Assembly (NCBI GenBank): GCA_965649825.1
Contig: OZ287706.1
Coordinates: 186,001-250,000, forward strand
Source: Penicillus capitatus
Lineage: Eukaryota > Plantae > Chlorophyta
Length of the DNA: 64,000 nt
Reading direction: 5' to 3'
The notes under the pieces were generated by a model. The model worked only from the letters and a program-made list of their open reading frames with translations. It ran no database searches and was not told the DNA's origin. A program made the translations under genes and the position numbers. Position 1 is the first letter of the stretch. Each line of letters starts with the position of its first letter. This document shows positions 23,898 through 35,700 of the stretch, piece by piece.

Positions 23898-26800
23898 ATG
23901 ACAGCGACCGACGCTTCCCATTTGGCAGTCGTAATGAATCTATCCCGCGTGCAGTGTTCTCTGGTGCTCAGCAACGAAATCTCGAACGTCGCTACGGCGC
24001 TGCGCCAAACAACGCGATGGGAGAACGAGTATGACGAACCTCTCGAAGACACGCTGCACGGAGAATTCGTCTCGCTGCAGCAGAAAGTATTATATATGCG
24101 ACAGTGGGAAGTGGTGGACCCCTTCGAATACGTGGCGCCCTTTCTCGACGTTGTACGGTCCGAACACGTCGGCGCCGACATCACGAGCACTGCCTTAGCG
24201 GCACTGTGGAAGCTCCTGACCGCCAATGTCGTCCCAGCGTCACACCACAACTCAGCACAGACACTCAAACATGTCGTTTCCGCTCTGGACGGATGCAAGT
24301 TTACCAAGGCATCCAATGTCACGTACGAGACGGTCGTGACCCGTCTCGTTCAAGTCTTTGCCGCGTGCGTTTGTGCAGAAGTGGGTGTTCTGCTGAACGC
24401 AGAGGACGTGACGCTTGTGACGATGAGTATCTGGAAATGGTGTGAGTATTCGCCCACCAATGAATCGGTCATGCGCACCTCACACATCTTCCTTCAAACG
24501 GTGCGGCAGTGTCTGCAGCAATTGATCTCCTGTCTCTTCTCCAGACTCCGCACCTGCCAAGTTTTTCCTGACGAGATACCGGTGCCCACAGAATACGGAG
24601 AACAGACACTCGATTACGTGGGGCTCCGTTCGGACGCCGTTTATCAACCGCCGGGCGTTTCCTTTCATTTGACAGAGGAGTCCATGGTCGCCAATCATCT
24701 CTGCTGTGGTCTGGAGCCCTTCCACGAGATCCTCATCTACTGCACGGAGCCGATGCTCATCGAAAGCGACACCGAACCGCACACCGATCGTATCCTCTTC
24801 GTCCTGCAGATGCTGCACACGGCCATTGTGCACGCCGGGGAGATCCTAGCCGGTTACGGGAGTCTCTTGACCGTGATCCGCGGACACGTGTTTCCTGCCT
24901 TGACCTTCTGTCTCCATCGGATGTCGCAGCGCATCCACGCAGCGGTGTTTCAAGTCGTCTTTGCCATGTACAAGCTCTTCGGAGATGAGCTGCTGCTCCA
25001 GATCGAGTGCTTCTTTCAGACATCCGTCCTGAGACTCTGCGAAGGGCGAGGCTGTCCAACTCAGGAGCACCAGGAGATCGCATTGGAGGCATTGGTAGAC
25101 TTCTGTGGCTATCCAGGATTCCTGAGAGATATCTATCTCAATCTCGACTGCCGCATCGAACGGTCGAATCTTTTCGAAGACATCTGTTCGTTGCTGTCCA
25201 AAACGGCCTTTCCTGTCAAGACCCCACTCTACTCCATCCATATGATCTCTATGGAAGGCCTCCTGGCAATGCTCTTGACGCTGTCCTCCGCCTGCGGAGG
25301 CGACGAAGCTCCTGTGGATCTACCGGAGCCGAAATCGGAGTTGCCGTGTTACGTGGATGTCTGGACAGAACTGTTTAGAGGTGTCTCGCCGCAGTTCGCA
25401 GAGGTGGAAGGTCTGTTGGATGAGATCGAGAACGAAGACATGAAGCACGTCATGATTATCTCTCTAGAGAAACGCCTGAAGCAACGCATTGCCGTCGCCG
25501 TCGATCACTTTAATCGCGATTTCAAGAAAGGATTTCAGTATCTCCGTTCGATTCGTCTCTTTCCCGAAGAGAATAACGCCGACGTGATCGCTAAGTTCCT
25601 CAGAGTGTGCCCTAATCTGAACGGTCACATCATGGGGGACATGTTGGGTGACTGCGATCCCTTCTATCAAGAAATCCTCGAATGCTTCACCGAGACATTC
25701 GATTTCTCAGGCAAAACCATCGACGCCGCCCTCAGAATGTACTTCGATGTGTTCAAAGTCCCCGGAGAAGCGCAGAAGGTCGACCGCGTGTTGAGCAAGT
25801 TCAGTAAGGTCTTCTACGACTATCAAGACGGCACCTTTAAGAACGAGGATTCAGTGCACATCTTGGCCTACTCCATCATCATGTTGAATACCGATCTGCA
25901 CAAGCCCGAGATCAAAAATAAGATGACGCCAGATCAGTTCATCCGCAATAACAGAGGAATGAACGGGGAAGAGGATTTTCCCAAGAGGATGCTGGAGGAT
26001 ATCTACCAGTCCATCAAAGAACAGCCGATGCGTATCAGCGATGGCTCGCATCTCGATTTCTCGCCCGTCAGGTGGATGAATCTGAATCAGGTGTCGAAAA
26101 CATCCCGTGGAAAGAAAGAGAATCCCTTGAGGCTGACGTCTGCCCTCGACAGAGACATGTTCACTCTGATCTGGGGACCTGCCGTTGCAGCGATCTCCGT
26201 GATCCTCGACCAAGCCAACGAGCTGACCACTGTACAGACAACATTGACTGGACTAAAACTGGCGGCTAAGATTGCGTTCTTTCATGGAGTGGACGAAGTG
26301 ATCGACAGTCTTGTCGTCTCGTTATTTAAATCGACGCAAATGCTCAGTCCTCGAACGCCCAAGGCACTTGTGCAGTTTGGCATGAAAGAAGAGGCACAGC
26401 TGGCAACGGAGGCTGCTTTCTTCATTGCGAATAAGTTGATCTTTCTGATCCGTCACGTGGGATAAGACAGGATGGCGGCGATGGTGTGCTTAGGTACACG
26501 AGTAGCTTGGGTAGCTCTGGCTGGCAGAGTGTCATGGACTGCGTCATTCGGTTGAGCCAACTCGAAATCCTGCCTCCGCATTTCTGGGAAGACGGTCTGC
26601 ATGTCGCACCGACAGCCTCGCATTTCTGAAAGCTGTTTTGTTTGTGTGTGCATCACAGAGAATGAATCAGATGGATTCTCCGAACCGATGTTCGAGATGT
26701 CGGCCGAGAACAGTAGCTCAACTGGTGGATCCAGCGTCAGTGCAACGCTGTGGCCATTCAGGAAAACAGATTCGCCGCTTTCGGAAGAGGAACAGGCCGC

Positions 26801-28204
26801 ACAGCAACGAGCACTGAGCTGCATCCGACGATGCGAGATCCGTGTCGTGTTCCGCGATACGAAGTTCCTGAAGATTGAGTCTCTCATCGAACTCATCAAA
26901 GCCATCTGCTTTGCCTCGCACGCCGACGAAAAGACAGCCCGCATCTGTCTGGATCTCGTTTTCTACATCACACTGCGTAACCGAGATCGCATCCAGCACG
27001 TCTGGCCAGAGATCGAGGCGCATCTGGAGAGGATACTGAACACGGAACCCAAGTTGCCGTCATCGATCATTGAAGCCGCCGTCTTCGGCATTCTCCGCGT
27101 CTGTCAACGATCCCTTGCGAAGAATGGACTGTCCGGTATCATGCTTCGCATTTTGCAGATGGTGCCGAATGTCGGAGAAGAGATCATTGAGAAAATCGCC
27201 GAACGGCTTTCCGAAGAGATTCACATCCTCATCAAACTGGCAGCACCGGTGATCGAGGAAGGCTGGGCGTGGGAAGCGATCTGTCATCTGCTGTACCTCT
27301 CTGCCACTTCCAGAAAGAACATTCTCTCTGGCGTGGACACTCTAGCCATCATCGCCAAGAACGGAGAGCACATCTCTTCTGAGAACTTCTTGACGGTTAT
27401 GGAGACGCTGAGATATTTTCAACAGCAGTCCAGTGCCGACACCGTCTGCATGATCGTGGATCTGATTCACGATATGGTCTCCTGTTTAACGACCTGGCCA
27501 CTGCCACCCACCGGCGGCGATCAACTCGAGAGCGAAGTCCAAACAGCTGCCACACAGCGAGGCATTCTGTGGTACGGTGCCTTTGTCCAACTGAAGAACT
27601 CGGCTACGGAAATGGACGCTCAAGTGTTTTTTACGGACTGTTTTGTAGTTCTGCAGCAGACGGACTGTCTTTAGGTGCGCAACCATGCAGTGCTAACGCT
27701 GCAGAGATGTGTCATGCTTGGCGAAACGTTGAAGTTGCCGATGGAGACGTGGAAGAAGACGTTGAAGAAAGACATGATGGACTTTGTACAGTTCCTCACC
27801 AAGAAACAGAATAGCCGTGACTTCCCCGAATGTGACAAGACACTGCGTCAGGCGCTGAGAATCTTGACGAAGACTTTCCTGCAGTTTCTGGATGCCATTA
27901 AAGGCGACGCAGATTTCCCACAGACATGGGTGAAAATCCTCTACCTTCTTCAGGTGCGTCGCTCACTGAAGCGTCATCGAAATCTGATGTGACGTGTGTT
28001 CAGCAATCGTACTCTGGTCGAGAGGACGAGCTCTCCGATGCGGTGCCTGAGGAGACGAAGAATCTGATACTGGTGATGCACAAAGAAGGCATCTTGATTG
28101 AAGGCTGGGCGGATGAGAACGGCATGTCCATGTGGGACATAACATGGCGCAAAGCACGTGACATTTCGTTTGCGTTGAAGCCAGAGATGTTGTTGAATCT
28201 GTAA
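23898..28204 (+). CDS. GNOM/GBF1-type ARF guanine-nucleotide exchange factor (Sec7 domain)
   Basis: YLNLDCRIERSNLFEDIC; HFNRDFKKG; FKVPGEAQKVDRVL (Glu finger); LAYSIIMLNTDLH; WGPAVAAISV; ends WDITW..LLNL TAA. Confidence 0.95.
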
Positions 28205-28499
28205 GGGAGACGGAAAGGCGTTGTGGCCGGGAGTGCTTGAACGGTGCGCGCACCGGCGTGTCGCGTGTCGCCACGGACTCCGTTCGAAAAACGTCGGCAG
28301 AAATCGCACCCTACTGACTTGCCCTTCATCACCTCTCCGTATCGCTCGATTCTCTAAACAGATCGACCGCGGAAACTTTCGGCTGCTGTCTGCAGACCAG
28401 GTCGTCACAAAAGGCGTATGAATTTCTTCAGAAAGGTCGCCATGAGCCGGACATAATGTAGTGAAGCTTGGGCGATGACCTCCTCTTCACGGACGGCGG

Positions 28500-31400
28500 C
28501 ATTTCGTCAGCAGCACTGTCCTTGAAGAAATCGACAACGACCTGCAGAAGATTATCGACTGCGCCAAAGAGGGCGATATCATCTCTTTCAACGTAACAGA
28601 CGTCGTGCGCCCATCGTCGCGTGTCACCATTCCTCGGCAACTGACGCTCGCCGCTCAAGTCGAAAGCACCGTTTCTCGTGTCGACTTCCTCTCTGGTTCA
28701 ACCACAAAGACGAGATTCACATGTTCTTACGAGAACTCCGGACTCTTTCTCGTAGAGTAAGACAAACAGCATCGAATGAGATAGTTATTCTCTGTTCGCC
28801 CGTAGGTCCACGAACGCCACTTTTGTGGATCTCATCGTCGAAGAATGCGCGTTCGATGGCGCATACGAAGCCTAGTCGCTTATCGAAGTGGCAGCGTGCC
28901 GCACTGAAGATGCCTCCGCTCTCGTGGCTTTGCGACGCGTTGCATTTCGGGAGAACGACCTGACTGCAGCGTCGGCGCTTCGAATGTCTTCCCCGTCCTG
29001 CTCTGAACTAAACTTGATCGAAGTGGAGATTTCAGACAACGTCTGCTTAGACGAAGCTTGCGGAGTCTACCTTGCACAGAAAAACCGACTCGAAGATTGC
29101 ACCGCATCCGAGAACAGAGTCACCGAAGCTGATGGACAGCAGTCTTCCTTATTCTATGGACACATCTCGTCAAGTATCAGGATCCGAAAATTCACCGCTT
29201 CCGGCAGCAACCTCGCCATTATTCGAATCCGAGAAGGCGAACTTTCACTGTCGAATGCATCGTTTAGAAGGAATGTGTTGGGTACACGAATCGATGAAGA
29301 CACAAAGAATCACTGTGTTCGTTCGATAGAATCGTCTGTCCAAATAGAGAAGTGCACGTTCGTCGCAAACGAAGGCTTTGCAGGACCCGTAATCCTCGCC
29401 AATGCATCGAAGATTTCAGTGTTCCGCTCCACGTTCAACAAAAATGTCGCATTTGAAAACGGTGGCTGCGTCTGCGTAGAGGGCTCAGAGCTGGAGATCA
29501 AGCGCGCGAAAGCACTGAATAATACGGCACATGGACGTGGAGGATTATTCCACGCATCGACCTCAATCGTGACGCTCGAGCACACAAATGCGACAGCCAA
29601 CAGTGCTAAAGAGAGTGGTGGATTCATCTATGCGAGCAACTCGACGCTGAAGCTAGACAAAACGAACGCTGCTAATAATTCAGCACAATGGGGCGGGTCC
29701 ATCTCTGCAGTAGACTCTAACATGAAGCTGAAGCGCACGAACGCGGTTGGCAACAACGCAGAAGCGAACGGCGGTTTCCTGATGGCAGTGAACTCGAGAG
29801 TAAGGCTGGAGCATACGAACGCGACGGCTAACAGAGCTGCTTACGCCGCGTTCTTGTACACTAAAATCTCAAGTGTGACGCTAGACCACACAAACGCGAC
29901 CGCCAATAGCGCGGAAAGAACTGGCGGCTTCATGTACGCAGACAACTCGACCGTGAATCTGGAGGAAACAAACGCGATCGACAACGAAGCGCAGTGGAGC
30001 TCATTCATATACGTACAAAATTCGGATCTGAAACTGGAGCGTACGGACGCGATTGGCAATCGCGCGACATCATACGGCGGATTCCTTTATACGGAGAACT
30101 CGAGACTAACGCTGAAGCGCACGAATGCGACCATCAGTAGTGCACAAACGAGCGGCGGATTCGTGCACGCGGAGAACTCGATTATCAGTATCACACAGTC
30201 GTACTTGTCCTTGAGCTCAGCAAGTTCCAGAGGCGGAAGGGACCGAGTCCTTACTTGCACCGACGAAAGTGGGCACAGAAGAACGTCGACTTCTCCTCGC
30301 CTGCTGAACGAATGCGCCGTAGGTTCAAGCCCTTGGACTGCCTGCGTCCGACAAAACCCTGGCGAAATGGAAAGCGGTGGAGATGTTTAAAGTGCTAGTC
30401 AATCCCGTTCATCTGGCACTGAACGCGTTGTTTCCAGATCACTCTAAGCTACGTTCAGACGACTGTTCTGCTAGCTTCCCTTAACGTAGGATGGTCGATT
30501 CCGGTCATCGTTATGGCGACAGTTGGAGGCGCGGTCATAATCTCTAAATTCCCGTATTGCCGACCGTCGTGCTGTTTCTAGAATTGCTCGGCGGTCTCGC
30601 GTCTGATGGCATTCGACACTCCGTCGTTTGTCTATCTTTAAACCACTCATCCTTGCAGCCGACGGCATTGGCACTCGTCGTCAGCGTGTGCATCGTTCCC
30701 TGTGCCGTGTTTCTCTGCTGGATCGTGTTCTGGATGGCGAAATCGGCGAGATCCAAAAGCGACAGACTGCCCCGCTACCTGTCGAAGAGATGCTTGCTCA
30801 CGGTGATGGTCATTTGGTACATCACACTTGTACCGGTGCTGAAGACAGCCTTGAGCGTCTTCCTGTGCGTCAACGTCCACGACGCATCAGACTACGCGAT
30901 TGTTGACGTGACGCGCATATACTGGGCAGTCGACACGAGCATGGCGTGCTACGAAGGCGACCACAAGAAACTCGTTTATGGAGTAGTCGTTGCGTTTGTG
31001 TGTCCAGTGTACGGTGGACTTCTCGTGCTCTTCATCTACTTCCTCAGAAGTTCATTCCAGCACCTCATCTACAAGCGCGACTGGGCGTACCAGACGACGG
31101 GATTCCTTTACCGCTTTTACAGAATGGATCTTCGTGTGTACTGGGAACTCGTCATCGTAGCCAGGAAGGTTACTATTGCCTTTCTTGTGTTCTGCGCGCA
31201 CCTGTTTGACAGTGGCGTGCCAATCACCGGCGTCGCATACATCATCACGCTTGCTATCCTGGCTCAGATTCTGGCGATGCCGTACCGAGAGGACTTCAAA
31301 GACCTGAATGGAATGGAACTGGCATCCCTTTACGTGTCGCTGTCGACAACGTTGGCAGCTTCTATGCTCAAGGACGAAGGCTACCCGGAAGACTTCACTC

Positions 31401-31654
31401 GTGTGCTGCTTACAGTCGCGTGTGCTTTGCTGAATGTCATTTTGTTTTTTGTTTTCGTTTTCTACATTCTCAGGTTTGCCGCCGAGTTTATGAAACATGC
31501 GATGAGGGAACGAGACGAGCGCTTTGCATCCGATGCCGGCATGTTCCGCATTCTGACGCACTGGATTGGCTACAAAGTCAAGCGTCTGATTGGCAAGTTG
31601 CGTCCGACGCCCGAGGAGCCCAAGACCTCCGATATTCCGAACGTCGAAGCCTAA
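28500..31654 (+). pseudogene. Decayed beta-helix (polymorphic-membrane-protein-like) repeat + multi-TM gene
   Basis: About 24-aa N.A..GG repeats at 29400-30230 and an intact-looking multi-TM C-terminus (30557-31654). However, there is no in-frame start or signal peptide, an in-frame TAG at 28873-28875 (DGAYEA*SLIEVAAC), and an abrupt junction near 30235 where the middle of the protein appears missing. Confidence 0.65.
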
Positions 31655-32763
31655 AAGAGTCATCCTCCGTCGACCGGAAGATCTTTTTCTTTTTAGGATG
31701 TGTCCGAAACGGGCTCGATGTTCAAACTGTGATGGGACTTTTCTTCATTTTCGAGTTTGAAACGAATGATAAGCATCTTGCGTTAGACAGTGAGAGCAAT
31801 GGGTTTCCGCTGTGACAGTTTTTAAGTATGTGACGCGACAAAAACGCCGAGCCTCCGCCTCTCTTCAAAAAGACCGAACGAGGAGGACTTTAACACCGCC
31901 GTCAACGCGTTTGCATGCAAGCGGCTTCATTCGACAGGAGTTTTGCAATTTGTGTGCTTCTGCGTACAGAGGTTTGGCCTATCTCAGCTACCTCGAGTCA
32001 TGCCATCGCCGGGAGTAACGCAACAACAGTCCGTCTTGCGAGCTGCGTAGATTATATGCTGTGCTGCAGCAAAATGCGTATCTAAAAAGTGAAATCTGTA
32101 TGACGAATTGATCAAACAGGTCTGACGACAGTCGCGTGTGCAGTCTCTGTCGAAAAAAGCGTCAAAGATTTGGATTCTTGTAATTGAATAGTAACGAATG
32201 CACCTGCGTCAGCTAATGGAGCGCGTCGCAGATATCCAATCGGCACGCCTTCTTTGTTTCTGGAGGTGTGTCACTCCGGTTTAGTCGTCTTGTGCAGCAC
32301 CTCGACTGTCGGCAGTTCCGACGTGCCAGCGACAAGATCGCCGCGTTTACTGATCGGCAACGGGACGATCTGAAAACCATGCCGCATTGCAAGCGAAGGC
32401 AACAGAGAGCGACACTTCTAGTCCGTCACATACGTCACCATCGTCCACATCCAACCGTCTATCTCGACGAGGTCGAACGCCTTTCGATGAAAGGACACGA
32501 GTCCCAGCCTCGCGTCGTTTTGTCTTCCATTTGACACAGGATTTCGTAGACGATGATCCGTCGCCTTTGGCAATGCGTCTCTCTATCGCCAGCAAAGAAT
32601 CGCGAAGACGAGAACCACGCGCATGGGATCGTGAGCAACCGTACCGATAACAGCGACCTGACATTGCACGGTGTTCGTTGCGACGCTCCTTGACGTGCAA
32701 ACGCAGACCTCATTAAAATGGATCGACGAACATCCAAACGTACGTCGCTCTCAAATGCCGTAT

Positions 32764-35700
32764 TCAGGACGGCGACCACCAGGACGATGACGGCGACCAT
32801 TCCGTCAGTCTCTTCGGTTCCTGGCTCTTACGATCGTAGACAGAGCGCAGCTTCTTCGCTGCGTTGCTGTTGAGACGGAAACGACATTTGCCCTGTTTCC
32901 GCATCCGCTCAAAATCCTGAACGCGGCCACAGCAAACACTCAGAGGCGCTGTCGAGAGCGCGGCGGCGCACTTTGAGAAACTGAGGAGCGCTGTTGCGGA
33001 TCTCTTCGGCTGAGGGCAGGGCCATGCGTTCTGTCCTGGCCTCTAGGTGACGTCGGACCTTCTTTGCATTGAGACGAGCTCTCCATCTTCGCTCCAGTCT
33101 CGGCACGAGGACCGCTGTGCTGAAGTTGAGCGTGGCATCGACCGGAAGATCGTTGAAGAATTTTTCGACGAGTTTATCGAGCTGATTTTTGATCTCTCCC
33201 TGTGGCATGACCGTCTCGCAGCAACGACGGACGAGTTCGTAAGCCGTCCGATGAAACGGCACGCGTCCGTCGATGACTGGAATATCCAGATCGTAAACGA
33301 AACGCAGGACGTCGTTGCTGTCGGCATAGGGTCCGAGTCCAAGAGGCGGCGGAAGTCGGACCAGAATATGCTCCAGCTGTTTGGGCGAAATATTCGTCGA
33401 GCCATCGTCGTATTCGCTCCACAGATCGACAAACTCTTCCAGCATCGACGGATGGAGCTTCCATTGGTCTTGATCCTGTTGCTTCTCGAAGTTTTCGATG
33501 ATGACGGCCGTAAAGAGGTTGAGCATGATGATGGAGATCGACAGAACGAAAGTGAGGAAGTAAGGAATCGCCACAAACACCGACGCCTTCATGCATCCCT
33601 CCATCACACCTTTCCACTCGTCATTGGTCGCCACGCGAAAGAGAGTGAGCATCGCCATCGGGAAGGTCTCAAAATTAGCGTGCTCGTTAATGTGGGCCCC
33701 TCGCTCGGCAGTTCCAAAGGAGAGAACGCCCGTGTAGGCGTAGACGAAGAAGAGGAGGAGGATCAGAGCGCCGACGTTCCAGAAGGCGGGGAGAGAGACG
33801 ACCAGTGTGGCAAAGAGGGATCGAATGCCTTTGAGTCCTCGGATGAGCTTAAACATACGAGAGATGCGCAGCAGCCTGAGGAGCTTCTGAATGGCAAAGA
33901 CCTTGTCAATGCTGGCGAATCCGACGGAGACGTAAGAGAAGAGCAGATCGACGGAAGAAACGACGACCAGCGTGAAATCGAATTTGTTCCATCCGGACTT
34001 CCAGTAGATGCTCCAGCCGAAGGAGAAGATCTTGAGAGCCGCTTCGGCGCCAAAGATACCGGAGAAGACGATGTTGCAGATCTCTTTGGCACGTGTGAAA
34101 CGCGGAGACTCGTTGTAAACGGTCGCCGCCAGGAGGATCACGTTGAGGACGATGTTTACCGTGATAAATACATCGAATTCTCTCGAAAGGGCGACGCGGT
34201 AGCATCCACGGCGGAAAAGCGACTTTGGAAGAGGCGCCTTGGCGATGGGCTTCAATCGGAAGACCATCTTGATCAGCTCGGACCATTCCTAAGACGGATG
34301 CGGGAGCTAAGTGCTACGGTTAGAGGTTTTCTACTTGCTGGTTCGATGTGAGAAACGCCGAGCCGGTTTGGCTGAGGAGTCGGATGCGGGAGAATTGATA
34401 GAAGACGACGCCGACGTAGAGGTTCAGAAGACAGAAGGCGCAGACCATGATGAAGGCCATAAAGTAAAAGAAGGCTCCCGGGTTTGCCATGTGTCTCGGC
34501 TGTCTGTCCTTCTCGGTAACCGACATAGCGTCCACCAAGATATTGTTGTAGCCATCTTGGGTAACAGTAATGAACAGCGTCAGCAAGGCGTTGCCAATAT
34601 CGTCGAAATGAAAGGTCGCATTGGACCACTCGCGTTGGATCTCGCCTTCTTCAGAATGCCAGAAGATCCCCACGCATTCCCACTTGAATTCAATGGCATC
34701 GTCGTTGCACCTTTAGGTAAAGGATGGATGGTGGAGAGGGCGGTGCCGGGGTTACCTGTAGAAGCGCCCGGAGAATAGCTGGACGCCAAGGATGGCGAAG
34801 ATGATGCAGAAGAGGAGGCAGACGACGGATACGTTGGCCATGGCTGCGAGGGATAATGTCACCGAACGAAACACAAGCAGCATTCCGGCACTCCGCGTCA
34901 GGACACGGAGCGGCTTGATGGCTCGCAAAACGCGCAGTGTCTTGACCAACTGGACATCCATCGACTCCAATACCAATACGAGAATCGACGACAAGACAAT
35001 AGACAGATCCACCTGCATAACACGCCCCGCCGCCGCCTCTCAAGTGGATCGCTTCGTACTGTTCAGCTTACTTTGTTCGTGAGCGTCTGGATGTAGACGG
35101 AGAAGGAGAGGGCGATGGATTTCATGAGGAACTCGAGTCCGAAGACGACGGTAAAAAACGCGTCTAGATAGAAGAGCATAGTCTCCTCGGGGGATCCCGG
35201 TTGGATGGAAGGCCGCTCGAATGTCATGGCGATGCAGCTGAGGAGGATCATGAAGAACATGACGTATTCGAAGAGATCCGAAGAGGTCATGCGCATCAGC
35301 AGGAGGCGAAATGGATTCTCTGGGCCAATAAACCACCAAGCATAACCCGTCAGCTTCGCCGTCTCTTGCTCTTCTATGTTAGATGGCTCGTCGATGGCGG
35401 CGGAAACGTCGATATTATGGTGGGTGTCGACGGTTACGGAATCAGAGACGACAGTTTGTTGAGATGGAAGCAGCTCGGAGACTGGAGGGTTTCCATCGCT
35501 TGTTCGCTCGACAGCGACCCTTGCTTCACGCGTGGCCTCCACGCGTCTGTTCGCGTCGACATCGGCTGCGTCAGCCAACACACTCCCCCGTGGGTGGGTC
35601 ATGTGACTTTGGACGTCGCTTAAAGTCGAGTGCTGTCTGTGTCTGATGCGCCACTGCAATGCTCGTGTGGCATTGCGGAGAAAATCGCAGCACGACTTGA

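Noticed and set aside
28873-28875. In-frame TAG suggesting the TAA/TAG=Gln code of some ulvophytes
   Set aside because: Intact genes end in TAA or TAG at the expected positions (Nudix 18359, ARF-GEF 28204, GCP 48560, b5 reductase 50276), and long conserved exons contain no internal TAR.
33047-34351. Long opposite-strand ORFs (434 aa here; also 7074-7730, 8057-8746, 31052-31663, 46975-47685)
   Set aside because: Antisense shadows of well-conserved CDSs, with no recognisable motifs.
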